DNA of 64,000 nt from a virus (lineage: Duplodnaviria > Caudoviricetes), in IMG/VR virus record IMGVR_UViG_3300010355_000588, one strand, 5' to 3'. The notes under the pieces are model-generated. The model made no database searches and had not been told where the DNA came from. It worked only from the letters and a program-made list of their open reading frames with translations. The translations under genes were made by a program, and so were the position numbers. How positions within the stretch are numbered: position 1 is the stretch's first letter; each line of letters starts with the position of its first letter. Positions 18,387 to 28,731 of this stretch are shown piece by piece.

Positions 18387-21044
18387 CTATCTAATCCTCA
18401 TCGAATGTGGTCTTGTTGGTGGAATGAAGTTAGCTGTATATCTTGCGATGCCTTTGGATATGCGGAGGTCGTCGATAAGTCGTGTTTCAGTTGAAGTGAA
18501 GTATGAATCAAATCTAAGACAACGACCAATAGCAGCCGACGTAGGAATAAAGCAAGTGCCTGTCCATGTTTTTTCTGCTTTATTTATACCATTTATGAAT
18601 AATCTAAACGTATTACCATATCTAACAAACGCTACATGAGTCCACGTTTGATTAGAAATAGAGTCTGCAGATTCACATTCGACAGTGTACGCACCAGATA
18701 CTATAATATAACCAGAAGGCTTTAAATTGGACGTTCCAAACAATATCATTATAGACGTATTTCCATCTATAGAAATATCTATCATTCCAAAACCTCTGTT
18801 ACCGCTAGTGCCTGCTACAAATACCCAACCTTCTATAGTAAAATCCATATTAGAAAACGACAAATCTGACATATTATCTAGATTAACTACATCTGTACCT
18901 ATATTGTTTATTTGTAGACTACCTTTTCCGAACTTTGGTCCAGTCGTACTGATTTGGGCGTTTCCACTAGGAGTCAAGACATGTCTTTGAGCAAGGTCTT
19001 TTATTCCAGAGTCAAAAGAGCAAAGTAATACTGTATACGGATCGATCTGACCTTTTTGGATATACTTATCGAAAGGTCTGCCTTGAGGTGTGAAGTTGGA
19101 AGTATATCGAGCAACACCATTAGTAATTCGAAAACCATCAAATTTACCATTTGTATATGCTGCTATACTACCGCCATATCTATCAGCTCCAATTAATAAG
19201 GTAGCAGCTAAATTTGGAAATGTTCCAACTGACGCACTACCTATGACCGTTCCATTAATATATGCTTTAGCTGTACCACCACTCCAAACTAATGCTATGT
19301 GAGACCAAGCACCCGTAGATATACCATGAGCAGCAACAAGATTTAGTATGTTAGGAGATGCAGATGCTGAAAACGATTTGAAATTTAAATTTGTCGCATC
19401 AAGAAAACATAGCGTTCTGTTGTTGTTATCAACATATTGATCTACAATTGTTTCTTCCGTTAGAGTAGAGGGATAAAACCAAGTTTCAATCGTTCCTTCT
19501 GATCCAAAAGCCCAATCAGCCGAGTCGAGAATTGATATATAATCTCCATTGCCATCTAATATAAGACAACTATTTCCAAACTTCTTATCAGCAGTAGTTA
19601 ACTTAGCATCTCCAGCTGCAGTCAAGGTGTGTCGGCCTGCTTCATCCACAAACTTCGTCGAGTTGTTTTCCCCTTCGAAATTACTGAGAAGAACTGTATA
19701 TGGATCAACGTCGCGTTCCTTAGTAGGAGAAAGAGCTCTTGGGGGTGGAGTAAAATTCGCAGTATATCTAGCTACGTTTGAAATGCGCAAATCGTCGAGT
19801 TTGCCGTTAAAATGAGCTGGATAGCCAGAATTTCTATAGCCTAGAAAAACCGGTTCCGATGAACTCAAAGAATGTGCTGATGCTGACGATCCGTCTTGCA
19901 CGCCGTTGACAAAAAAACGCAATGTTCCAGACGCCCTACATGCAGCGATATGCACCCATTGGTTTCTTGTCATAGCTGCAGATGAGTTTAGTATATATGA
20001 CGCACCTGTTCGAAAACTCAAAAGATCACCGCCTGCGTCGCTCAAAATTTGCCAAGACCATTGCGACGCAGTTTCTGGATTTCCTCTCGCTATTATTGTC
20101 GTATGTTGTGATGCTGGATTGTAATCCCAATATATCCATACCTCCAGGGTAAAATCTCCCGTTCCAAAATCCCAATCTGCCGAATCTACTATACTCAAAT
20201 AATCCCCTGTACCATCAAACAACCCACACCCAACACCGTATTTAGGACCTGATGTAGTAATCTGAGCATCACCCTGAGCCGCTGGTGTATGACGTCCAGT
20301 AGAATCAGAAAAATCCTCATCAAAGTTCATCAATAGAACTGTATTTGGATCTACCGGATTCGTTTCAACGTATTTGGTAAGCCTCTTAGGTGGAATGAAG
20401 TTAGAAGTATATCTAGCAATCCCCTTTGATATTCGAAGATCGTCGATCTTACCATTAAAATGCGCGGGATAGCCTGCATTTCTATATCCAATAATAAAAT
20501 CAGCTGCACTTGTCAAATTAGTTGAATTGGTAGCACTACCGTCTTGCACACCATTTATAAATTGTCTTAATGATGTTCCTTGCCTACTTAAAACAATATG
20601 AACCCATTGATTTTTACTAACAGCGGCGGTAGAGGTCAATATTGTGCTACCACCAGATCTAAATATTAGCTTATCACCACCACCTTCTGACAATATAAGC
20701 CATGACCACTCGCCCGAAGTTTCCGGATCTCGTTTACCCATTATTGTAGTATGTTGACCAGCAACATTATTATTCCAATTAATCCAAGCTTCTAGTGTAA
20801 AATCAATAGTACCAAAATTCATATCAGAACTACTAGTAGCACTAATATAATCCCCATTACCATCCAATAGCAAACATCCTTGACCATATTTTGGACTAAC
20901 TGTAGATCTTTGGGCATCTCCTGTGGGTGTTAAAGTATGCCTACCAACATCATCAACAATTGAAGAATCAAAACCACAAAGTAGAACCGTATATGGATCT
21001 ATTTCTCTCTGCTTAGATTTTCCTGCAGTAGCCGGAATTATCAT
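18387..21044 (-). CDS. Adhesin with four tandem LamG domains
   Basis: Four DP[Y/N]TVLL...GNGDY...DFT.E.W...W.H.A...NG...DDLRIS.GIARYT.NF.P units. Confidence 0.85.
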   Translation of the reverse strand: MIIPATAGKSKQREIDPYTVLLCGFDSSIVDDVGRHTLTPTGDAQRSTVSPKYGQGCLLLDGNGDYISATSSSDMNFGTIDFTLEAWINWNNNVAGQHTTIMGKRDPETSGEWSWLILSEGGGDKLIFRSGGSTILTSTAAVSKNQWVHIVLSRQGTSLRQFINGVQDGSATNSTNLTSAADFIIGYRNAGYPAHFNGKIDDLRISKGIARYTSNFIPPKRLTKYVETNPVDPNTVLLMNFDEDFSDSTGRHTPAAQGDAQITTSGPKYGVGCGLFDGTGDYLSIVDSADWDFGTGDFTLEVWIYWDYNPASQHTTIIARGNPETASQWSWQILSDAGGDLLSFRTGASYILNSSAAMTRNQWVHIAACRASGTLRFFVNGVQDGSSASAHSLSSSEPVFLGYRNSGYPAHFNGKLDDLRISNVARYTANFTPPPRALSPTKERDVDPYTVLLSNFEGENNSTKFVDEAGRHTLTAAGDAKLTTADKKFGNSCLILDGNGDYISILDSADWAFGSEGTIETWFYPSTLTEETIVDQYVDNNNRTLCFLDATNLNFKSFSASASPNILNLVAAHGISTGAWSHIALVWSGGTAKAYINGTVIGSASVGTFPNLAATLLIGADRYGGSIAAYTNGKFDGFRITNGVARYTSNFTPQGRPFDKYIQKGQIDPYTVLLCSFDSGIKDLAQRHVLTPSGNAQISTTGPKFGKGSLQINNIGTDVVNLDNMSDLSFSNMDFTIEGWVFVAGTSGNRGFGMIDISIDGNTSIMILFGTSNLKPSGYIIVSGAYTVECESADSISNQTWTHVAFVRYGNTFRLFINGINKAEKTWTGTCFIPTSAAIGRCLRFDSYFTSTETRLIDDLRISKGIARYTANFIPPTRPHSMRIR

Positions 21045-21054
21045 GTAGAATCCT

Positions 21055-22866
21055 TTAGGTTACGTCGTAGTTTGGAACTATCCAAGCATTTTCAGATATT
21101 CTCTTCAGCGTACATCCCTGCCACTGTGCAACAACTACATATCCACCGTCAAGTCCGTTGAGAGTCACACCAGCATCTGCATCGATGAGCAAGTTGCCTG
21201 CTCCAATGTTGTCGATGTCTAGAACGGATCCATTGACATATGCGGTATTTGCCTGAGTCTTTATTGCAAGCGTAACATCGGTAGCCTTATTGGCTCTAAG
21301 GCCACCCTTAGTGAAGTGAACTAGGGCTAGGTCAGTATTGGCAGTAATTTCAGTGGTCACTATATTGCCAGCATCTACTGCCACTGAATCTCCAGATACG
21401 TCGCCTCTAATGTATTGACCATATTCGGTTATGGGGCTGTCAAATCCACCAGTTGTTTCTCCGCCCAATAGACTTTCCAAGGTAATCCGTTTCTTGTTGT
21501 AGGAGTCTTCCGAGTCCTCAATAATCACGATGTCTGCAGAGACAGGAGTTGCCTTCAGATCCAAAGCATATATTTCTCCACTGACATTGAAATGAAACGC
21601 ACTAAGGTCAGTCCCAACACCAGATTCTCCAGAAACTCCGTCAGCGCCGGGGGCTCCAGATAATCCTGCGGGTCCAGTTATCGTCGATAAGGCAACTAGA
21701 TTTTCCCAATCAGATCCACTCCGAATATCTTTCCACATCAAGTAGTCGCCAGACTGTTGCAGTGATACCGGAGTAAAGAATCCGTTCAGAGCATCCTTGT
21801 AACGAACTTTGAGACCTAGAAGAAGAGCATCTCCAGTGTAAGTGTCAGTTCCAGATTCAGCATCACGTTCTACTGATACATATATGAGATCGTCGTCTAC
21901 CGGAGTTCTGTTGAAGCCAATTTCGTTCGTAAGGGTGGTATAGTGCAAGCCACTGACGTCAGTAAAGATATCAGTGACCGTATGTTCCGAACCCCAAGTT
22001 CCAGTTATTTCTTCGTTGTTTCCAACTGCTCTGGCCTTTAGTTTCCATCTGACAGATCCGGTCGTTTCGTCGAATCCAGTCCAATATAGCTTGGCTCGAA
22101 ACGATTCCTTGTCCCAGGTATTTGGCATAGCTATCTTGAAGTAGGCATTTGAATTGGTATCTGGTCCAAAGGTCATTAGATCTTGGACAGAGTCAGCAAA
22201 TTCGAACAGGTCGGCACTTGTCGGGGCAAGCGGAGCTAATGCCCCGGCATCGACCCAGAAGTGTCTATATACTTCAATGGATTCGACCATTTCTGAAGAT
22301 ACCGCGGCAAGAGAAGCCAACCCTAGAACATATGGAGAGATTTTTTGTTCTTCTCCATCAGCAGCTGAATGCAATCTAAGCAGGTCGTTGGTTATGTCTA
22401 AACTAGTTACTGTGCTTAGATCGATTATCGGAGTGTATGAACTATGTCCAGAGATGACTGAAATGACATTGTCCAAGGCATCCTGGACGTTTTCAGCAGA
22501 TAACATTCCAGTAGTGTCTTCATAAGAAATATTAGAAGCTGATAACGAAGGAATTCTATCTTTTAGTTCATCAATAGCATCTTGAACGTTTGTGGCAGAT
22601 AGCTCAGATGTTTCATTGTCATAACTAATATCTTCAGCAGTTGCGGTCGATCCTGTACCTACTTCACGCCATAATGGATTGCTAGCTGTATTTCTATAAC
22701 ATTGCCAAATTTTGTTGGGAACCGTCGAAGTGTCGATGGCAAGGTCCCCGATTCTAGCTCCCTTGTCAGCTCCGGTATAGTTTATGTCGATGTGGTTCGG
22801 CGCTTCTCCACCACCAGAGAACAGCCATTTCTTTGGAGATAGGGTATTTAATTGGACATTAGCCAT
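21055..22866 (-). CDS. Tail fibre/virion structural protein
   Basis: 'SA.NVQDA[IL]D' repeats, short G-X-Y stretch; heads the adhesin operon; GATAAATA upstream. Confidence 0.6.
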   Translation of the reverse strand: MANVQLNTLSPKKWLFSGGGEAPNHIDINYTGADKGARIGDLAIDTSTVPNKIWQCYRNTASNPLWREVGTGSTATAEDISYDNETSELSATNVQDAIDELKDRIPSLSASNISYEDTTGMLSAENVQDALDNVISVISGHSSYTPIIDLSTVTSLDITNDLLRLHSAADGEEQKISPYVLGLASLAAVSSEMVESIEVYRHFWVDAGALAPLAPTSADLFEFADSVQDLMTFGPDTNSNAYFKIAMPNTWDKESFRAKLYWTGFDETTGSVRWKLKARAVGNNEEITGTWGSEHTVTDIFTDVSGLHYTTLTNEIGFNRTPVDDDLIYVSVERDAESGTDTYTGDALLLGLKVRYKDALNGFFTPVSLQQSGDYLMWKDIRSGSDWENLVALSTITGPAGLSGAPGADGVSGESGVGTDLSAFHFNVSGEIYALDLKATPVSADIVIIEDSEDSYNKKRITLESLLGGETTGGFDSPITEYGQYIRGDVSGDSVAVDAGNIVTTEITANTDLALVHFTKGGLRANKATDVTLAIKTQANTAYVNGSVLDIDNIGAGNLLIDADAGVTLNGLDGGYVVVAQWQGCTLKRISENAWIVPNYDVT

Positions 22867-22925
22867 GTTTTGATCTCGCTTAGGTTATATTGTACTATAG
22901 TATTTATCTATATTTAGGAGCAGCT

Positions 22926-23345
22926 ATGAAACGAAACACCAATATGCTATCTAAAAGATTGCTTGAAATAGAAGAAGAACTTAGAGCAGATCTAGAGTTG
23001 TCTGAAATAACCCTCCATGACAAAAGCATGAGGTGTCCTGGCATAAAGCTGAAGTGGCTGAAGATCCAGTTCGAAGAGCAACGAATGCTGGCTAGACTCG
23101 AGCAAGAAAAGGAAAAGATTCAAGATCAGTATAAGGCTTCTTATGGCGACCGTGGAGAGAAGACATATGTAGCAGCTTCCAATATTGCCAAGAAGCTCAA
23201 AGCAGATGAGAACTACGACAAGATCGAACAGGCTATTGAACTACAAAAAGAAGTGCTCCGTTTTTTAGACGGAGCATTGAAGTTGATGCGTGAGTTTTCG
23301 TACGATATTTCTAATTCTATCAAGATCGTACAACTGGAGAACTAA
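22926..23345 (+). CDS. uvsY: Recombination mediator UvsY
   Basis: Helical protein, 'ADENY...FLDGALK...FSYDISNSIK'; SD TAGGAG. Confidence 0.75.
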   Translation: MKRNTNMLSKRLLEIEEELRADLELSEITLHDKSMRCPGIKLKWLKIQFEEQRMLARLEQEKEKIQDQYKASYGDRGEKTYVAASNIAKKLKADENYDKIEQAIELQKEVLRFLDGALKLMREFSYDISNSIKIVQLEN

Positions 23346-23354
23346 CTATTTCAG

Positions 23355-23654
23355 TTATTTCTTTTTCTTTCCTTCTACCTTGACGACGACTTTCTTTTCC
23401 TTCTCGCTATCTTCATCGTCTTCGTCGCCTTCCTCTTCTTCGCCTTCTTCATTTTCATCGTCCTCGTGGTCTTCGCCTTCTTCTCCTTCACCATCCATAA
23501 TCATTTTCTTGGTTTTTTTGCTGTCGCACTCTTTCTTTTTCTTATCATCAGCATCGCCATCTTTGCTGTTGTTGATAAGTTCCATTGTGGTTTTTTGTTT
23601 GGCTTCTTCGAGCTCAAGCACTTCTTCGACAAACTGCATAAAATTCTTCTTCAT
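23355..23654 (-). CDS. Acidic low-complexity protein with CTS-like leader (prohead core/internal protein candidate)
   Basis: MKKNFMQFVEEVLELEEA; D/E-rich tract. Confidence 0.6.
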   Translation of the reverse strand: MKKNFMQFVEEVLELEEAKQKTTMELINNSKDGDADDKKKKECDSKKTKKMIMDGEGEEGEDHEDDENEEGEEEEGDEDDEDSEKEKKVVVKVEGKKKK

Positions 23655-23683
23655 GGTTTCACCTTTAGGTTGTTTGTAAATTG

Positions 23684-24073
23684 TTATCTAAAATTCGAAT
23701 GCGTAACACGAACTTGCGGATATCCATCATTAGGCAGATCCACCACTATCTTTGCGGTAACTGTTTTGCCATTTGGGCGTTTTACAGTTCTTGGGGCGGA
23801 CTCCATACTATCAACGGCAGGCATCCAACCTTTCGAATTTTTGACTTGTTTGAAGCCAATTCCTTTTAAAGCCTTGATAGCATCTTCTTTTGAAGCAAAT
23901 TCTAACGTAGGACCACCTTCACCTGGAGCAGGATTGGTATTATATCCACTACGGACGTTGAATTTCTTAGCTAATTCAAGCGCAATAGTAGTGCTTGCTC
24001 CCCTAGCAAGTAGATCGTCAGAAATCTCAAAAGATTCAGCAATGATTTGTTCGACAAATTTTAAAAATTTCAT
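23684..24073 (-). CDS. Hypothetical protein with CTS-like leader
   Basis: MKFLKFVEQIIAES (compare T4 IP ..FIAE|); AATAAATA upstream. Confidence 0.7.
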   Translation of the reverse strand: MKFLKFVEQIIAESFEISDDLLARGASTTIALELAKKFNVRSGYNTNPAPGEGGPTLEFASKEDAIKALKGIGFKQVKNSKGWMPAVDSMESAPRTVKRPNGKTVTAKIVVDLPNDGYPQVRVTHSNFR

Positions 24074-24095
24074 GAATGTATCCTTACTAATTTAT

Positions 24096-25187
24096 TTATT
24101 TTATTTGAAGCCCAATTCTATCTTTCCATCCATTGGTAGAATTCTTGGATCTAAATTTGACCTTTAGATCTGAGCCTTCTTTGATAGAAAACGAAGGTTT
24201 GGATCCTCTCAGATTCACCATAACATATTTTACCTTCAAAAATTCATTTATGGTCTTCTCAAATATTTTAACGTACTTATCGCCGTTCAGTACAGAAATG
24301 GCAGCTTTCTCTATAGCATATCGTTGAGCTCCGTCGTCCATGTTCGAAGAATCATACTTGATTCCAAACATGTCAGCCAAATCATATGGAGCCATTTTTA
24401 TGCTAGACGTCGAGAGTATCTCTATGATTTTAGATATCTCGTCGTTCTTGTTTTGGAATAGATCAGCAATATCCTTAAGCTTTATGACGTTTGTAGTAGA
24501 GGCGTCAGCCTTAACTGAATATTTCTTGTCTCCATCCTTAGTTCTTATCATGAAGTCTATGAGTGGATAGTTTCCAGCCTCGGGAATGAATATGTATCCA
24601 TTTCTTGTCTGCTTGGCTGCTTCAATGGCAGCCAAAATTTCACCAAAGTTCTTTTCGACCTGAGCCAGATCCGAACCAAGTTCTTTAGCTAAGGTAGCAT
24701 ATTCTCTGGACGAACCGGTGGTGGTTGCTTCAACTGCTGCCTTTAAGAACATTTTCACCTTTTCTGGCAGATCAATTCTATTGTCTATGGAATTCATAAC
24801 ATTGCTAACGAAAGTTTTTACGTCATATTCTTTTCCGACGACGCCTTCGAAGTCCTGTGGTTTTACCTTCAATCCTTCTGAGCTTTTAGCCCATTTCATA
24901 TTGACGTCTTTTGGAGAAGTGGTGTCAGAAGTAGTATATATGATTAGAGCAAGTTTGGAAGTGCTGGAAAGGCAGCGCAATAGAAAGCCATTGTTAGATT
25001 CTTTCTTGAATTTTCTAACTTCGTCGAATTCGGATACGTTGGGAGGCGAAGTGAACCGTTCTATAGAATCCAACACATATTTGTGGCCACTACTCAAATC
25101 TTGCAGTTCGTCGCCAACATGACTTGCGTGAGTTATCCCACGCCCTTCGTTCAATCTTTCGTCAAAATATTCCAAAAATCTCATCAA
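24096..25187 (-). CDS. PD-(D/E)xK nuclease-like protein with CTS-like leader
   Basis: MRFLEYFDERLNE; FGEIL...NYPLIDF...YSVK restriction-fold motif. Confidence 0.6.
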   Translation of the reverse strand: MMRFLEYFDERLNEGRGITHASHVGDELQDLSSGHKYVLDSIERFTSPPNVSEFDEVRKFKKESNNGFLLRCLSSTSKLALIIYTTSDTTSPKDVNMKWAKSSEGLKVKPQDFEGVVGKEYDVKTFVSNVMNSIDNRIDLPEKVKMFLKAAVEATTTGSSREYATLAKELGSDLAQVEKNFGEILAAIEAAKQTRNGYIFIPEAGNYPLIDFMIRTKDGDKKYSVKADASTTNVIKLKDIADLFQNKNDEISKIIEILSTSSIKMAPYDLADMFGIKYDSSNMDDGAQRYAIEKAAISVLNGDKYVKIFEKTINEFLKVKYVMVNLRGSKPSFSIKEGSDLKVKFRSKNSTNGWKDRIGLQIK

Positions 25188-26203
25188 TAATCTCCATATA
25201 CTGAGTCTGAGTTAGTCTTATCAACCGCATCAACTTCCGTTAGGTTATAGTCAAATATGTCCTTAGCTACGTTGTTCTTATCTATGCTGTCTTTAGCTAG
25301 TTCTGAGTCGTTCGTTCGAATTTCCTGCTGGAGCTCTCCTACCACATTTTCCTTGGACGGGGTTCTCCTTACCATACTACACTTCCAGATATATTTAGCC
25401 AGCAACGGATTCAGCCCGTCAGTCTGAAGGTCCCTATCAGCTACCCTGGTTATCTCATATTCTTCCTTATTGACTGGATCGAAATCTATCCTAAAGAAAT
25501 CCCCAACCTGAGGAGCCACTCCCCAATTTGTGTTCGAATCGATTGGAATGGGGGCATAATAGTTTATCTCTCCAATAGCAACTCCAGACACGTTTCCAGA
25601 AGCATCTATCAGTTCGTAGTCTCCCTCCATGTCGCCAGATACCAGAGGAGTCCATGGATATTCGTTTGGCCAAAGCAATCTTCCATTGACTTTACGCTTT
25701 TGAGGAATCAGATCAGATTGGAACAGATACGAATCTGAATCCCCAAATGCTGAGACGAAACCAGTCAATGTGTCATTGAAGGCATATCCAGAGACCAATC
25801 CAGAGACATTGCCATATAGATTAGCTGACATGGTTTCAGCGGTGATGGTTCCGAATCTGTCGCGGAATTGCTCATCAAAGTCCTGGATGGTGAAGTAGAT
25901 GTTGGCTTGTGCATCAGTCTCGATACCAAACTTGTTAAGAAGAAATGAGTCGCCCATCATCTCCATGTAGACAACCATGTTGCCAGATAGATAATAGGCA
26001 GCGGTGGTATCTTCTCCATATATCGGGCACGCATAACCAGAAGGAGCTTCGAAAAATCGATTCAACTTTCTAAAATATATGACATCAATTCCATAGGAGT
26101 AAATCTGGTCTCGGTAATATTCTTTCTGAAGATCCTGTTCGCTTTGCAGCATGGACCTCTTTAGAAAGCGAAGTTGATTGCTGTTGAAAAGCGAGTTGTC
26201 CAT
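25184..26203 (-). CDS. gp14: Neck protein gp14-like
   Basis: YGIDVIY, YGED, LNKFGIE, PQVGD motifs; follows gp13. Confidence 0.8.
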   Translation of the reverse strand: MDNSLFNSNQLRFLKRSMLQSEQDLQKEYYRDQIYSYGIDVIYFRKLNRFFEAPSGYACPIYGEDTTAAYYLSGNMVVYMEMMGDSFLLNKFGIETDAQANIYFTIQDFDEQFRDRFGTITAETMSANLYGNVSGLVSGYAFNDTLTGFVSAFGDSDSYLFQSDLIPQKRKVNGRLLWPNEYPWTPLVSGDMEGDYELIDASGNVSGVAIGEINYYAPIPIDSNTNWGVAPQVGDFFRIDFDPVNKEEYEITRVADRDLQTDGLNPLLAKYIWKCSMVRRTPSKENVVGELQQEIRTNDSELAKDSIDKNNVAKDIFDYNLTEVDAVDKTNSDSVYGDY

Positions 26204-26205
26204 TA

Positions 26206-26967
26206 TTACATCACCAAGAATCCATAGATGCCGCCTTCAGTGGCTCTGAGTTCTTCTTCAAGTTTGTCACGTTCTTCCTTGCCTTCAGATCCAATTTCTG
26301 CGTTTATTGAGCCACCACCTAGAAGCTGGGTGCCCTGGAATTTAGAGCGGATAGTGCCTAGCAGGATCTTGCACTCAGCTAGAGCATATCGCTTCACCCA
26401 GAATTCTCCATTCATCTGTTCTTCTGGACGCAAGATATGACAAGAGACAATGATATGACCATAGTGTCCAGCTTTCTTTGGATCTGGCGTAAGCTTAAGA
26501 TATTTGGTTCTTGGGTTATATTCGAACTGAAAGCCGCCGCCAGTCATTTTCTTTAGCAGTTCGATATATTGCATGGATAGATCCCAAGTGACCCAACCAC
26601 CTGCCTGCCGGAACATAGAAGAGCCAGGGATTGCTGTAGTTCCAGAATTGAATAGCTGATTGGGAACCGAAAACAAAGTATTGATGCCTTTTCCCATCGA
26701 TACGTCGTTTTCTTCCAAGGCATGTACAGCTACTACGTTTGATGGAAGCTGAACCCCAACGCCCTCGACATATTCTTCCAAGTCTATAGCATAATGGTCT
26801 GATCCCATGTCAGCATATTTGGAAAATAGTTCGATGGCGTTGTCGATGCAAAAGTCAACTTGATCTTCAGTAAGCTCCACCCTGATTAGAGGAGCTCCCA
26901 ACATGTGAAGAATCCAGCGCTTCAGATTGTCCCTGGTTTTTACTCCAAAGTCTAAATAGGTAGACAT
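26206..26967 (-). CDS. gp13: Neck protein gp13
   Basis: LGAPLIRVELTEDQV..CIDNA; WVKRYALAECK..LG..RSKF.G..L.GG. Confidence 0.9.
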   Translation of the reverse strand: MSTYLDFGVKTRDNLKRWILHMLGAPLIRVELTEDQVDFCIDNAIELFSKYADMGSDHYAIDLEEYVEGVGVQLPSNVVAVHALEENDVSMGKGINTLFSVPNQLFNSGTTAIPGSSMFRQAGGWVTWDLSMQYIELLKKMTGGGFQFEYNPRTKYLKLTPDPKKAGHYGHIIVSCHILRPEEQMNGEFWVKRYALAECKILLGTIRSKFQGTQLLGGGSINAEIGSEGKEERDKLEEELRATEGGIYGFLVM

Positions 26968-26976
26968 TAGATATCC

Positions 26977-27351
26977 TTATTTCTTACGACCAAGATTGCC
27001 CTTAATTTTGTCTAGTGCGTCTTGTTGTTTGGGAGTCAAGAATTTATTCTCATCCAAGAAATCTTTAAGACCCTTCAAGAAGTCATGAAGCTTCTTCAGT
27101 CCATCGTTGTCAAGCAGGTCATCGATGAATTTCTTGGTGTTCTTGACATAGTCTTCGTTTTCCTTGAGAACCTCTCCTGCCTTCGCATAAAATTTGCTGT
27201 TCATTTCCAAAGCCTTCCTTTTTTGTGCTTTTATTTTGCGATAGTTCGTATAAGCCCTATCTTTCAAATTGTCCTGTTGGAGAGTTGAGGACATTGCCCC
27301 AGGTTGTTCCCCGACAGCTTCCATTTCTGAGATCTTCAAAAACTTCATCAT
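26977..27351 (-). CDS. Hypothetical protein, CTS-like leader
   Basis: MKFLKISEME. Confidence 0.6.
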   Translation of the reverse strand: MMKFLKISEMEAVGEQPGAMSSTLQQDNLKDRAYTNYRKIKAQKRKALEMNSKFYAKAGEVLKENEDYVKNTKKFIDDLLDNDGLKKLHDFLKGLKDFLDENKFLTPKQQDALDKIKGNLGRKK

Positions 27352-27611
27352 TCCATCTCAGCAGCGATGGCGTCGACGAAAGCAACCAGTTCTTTGTCGG
27401 ACATGGTGTCTTTGAAGCCGATCTTCTTGAGATGCTTCCTAATATCCGAAGCCATTCCCTTCCAATCGTCGGCATCACGTCTAGGAGTGCCTTTGCCGTC
27501 TACTATATTGAAGATGATTTTCTTGTCTTTGTCTGAGAGTGGAATGCTCTCATCCATATCTTTGTCGCAGTCGTTCTTCAATAACTTTTCGCATTTTTCG
27601 AGAAATTTCAT
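27348..27611 (-). CDS. Hypothetical protein, CTS-like leader
   Basis: MKFLEKCEKLL. Confidence 0.6.
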   Translation of the reverse strand: MKFLEKCEKLLKNDCDKDMDESIPLSDKDKKIIFNIVDGKGTPRRDADDWKGMASDIRKHLKKIGFKDTMSDKELVAFVDAIAAEME

Positions 27612-27627
27612 GGTATCACAACATCCT

Positions 27628-27789
27628 TTAGTTTATGTCGAAGATCAAATATAGATAATTGTCAAATATAAAACTTGTTGCTAATCTTTTAGGAATAGTT
27701 AGCGCGGCTTGGAGTTCACATTCTAACTGAATTGTTTCTATCAGCTTCTCGTCGAGTTTTATCTTTCTGACGGTTACTGTATTTTTCAT
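27628..27789 (-). CDS. Small hypothetical protein (53 aa)
   Basis: Manual ORF MKNTVTVRKIKLDEKLIETIQLE...; ATGA overlap with the upstream gene; fills the gap. Confidence 0.6.
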   Translation of the reverse strand: MKNTVTVRKIKLDEKLIETIQLECELQAALTIPKRLATSFIFDNYLYLIFDIN

Positions 27790-28709
27790 GCTTCGTCATC
27801 TCCAAACATCGCAAAGAATTCTTCGAAGGTGCTTTCCTTCATGTTCAATTTGTCATAAATGGGCTTCATGCTCATTGGTTGGAAGAATGTCTTCGAATCC
27901 ATGCGTTCTAAAGTATTTATGTTATTTAGGTCCATGGTGCACCAGATCGGACGGTAGTAAAGGGTTAGCTCGCTCGGAATAATCATCAGTTGTCCAGTGG
28001 TCAGCATTATCGATGAACCATGCTCATGAGCGTGACGTCTGAGGCGGATCGGATTCATTTGGTTGTCTTTTTTGTTGCTGACATCTGAAATAGCATCCAA
28101 CATATGAGAAGCTTCTTCTATTGTCTTGATGTCTTTTTCAACCTGCTTCTTACGAGCTTCTGAACTTTTTCTAGCATATCGGAAGTGTTCGTCTTCTGAG
28201 TCAGCCTGATATCCTGCCCAGGGAAGCCAGATGCCGTGGTTAGTTCTGACGATGGTCTGACTTTGTTTGATTTCCCTGACTTCGTGCTTGAAGACTTGCT
28301 CGGAATTTAAGGCGCCTTCCAGGAGAAAAGCTCGGTCCTGGTTGAAGATGATGGTGTTGCCGTTGAATTCTCTATCTATGAGATAGTTGACGGTATCTTC
28401 GATATCCTTTTCTAGCAAAGCCGTCCGGATGTTCTTTCCATCTGGACTTGCAAATTCTTCTCCGCGAGGCTTGGACGATTTTTGTCCTTCCTTCTCGTCG
28501 TTCTTCACAAGGGTGGCTGCTGATAGAATAGAGGTGCCAAATTCGTTGAGGCCTTCAGTATATTTGGTGTTGGAGTCGTACATGTAAAGCCGCTCAATGT
28601 CCTGGCGGAACGATTGCTTAACGACTATCCGAGGTCGATAATTTCGATCGCGATTCTTAGCACCTGTCCACCCTTTGTCTTTAAAATATTTCAGAGCCAC
28701 TATGCACAT
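27786..28709 (-). CDS. Ntn-hydrolase (N-terminal Cys; C45/AAT/NRDE-like)
   Basis: M-C start, AKNRDR, EGLNEFG, VRTNHG, S..R motifs. Confidence 0.75.
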   Translation of the reverse strand: MCIVALKYFKDKGWTGAKNRDRNYRPRIVVKQSFRQDIERLYMYDSNTKYTEGLNEFGTSILSAATLVKNDEKEGQKSSKPRGEEFASPDGKNIRTALLEKDIEDTVNYLIDREFNGNTIIFNQDRAFLLEGALNSEQVFKHEVREIKQSQTIVRTNHGIWLPWAGYQADSEDEHFRYARKSSEARKKQVEKDIKTIEEASHMLDAISDVSNKKDNQMNPIRLRRHAHEHGSSIMLTTGQLMIIPSELTLYYRPIWCTMDLNNINTLERMDSKTFFQPMSMKPIYDKLNMKESTFEEFFAMFGDDEA

Positions 28710-28731
28710 AAAGTTTCCTTTTGTAAAACGG

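Noticed and set aside
18384-18389. TAG-ATG in-frame fusion of the two LamG genes (likewise TAG-ACA-ATG before the tape measure)
   Set aside because: The downstream LamG gene has its own SD-like GAGG, and stop-ATG abutment also occurs with TAA (2064/2065), so it is not evidence of read-through
18387-21044. Diversity-generating retroelement target
   Set aside because: Repeats differ at all base types and there is no reverse transcriptase or template repeat in the window
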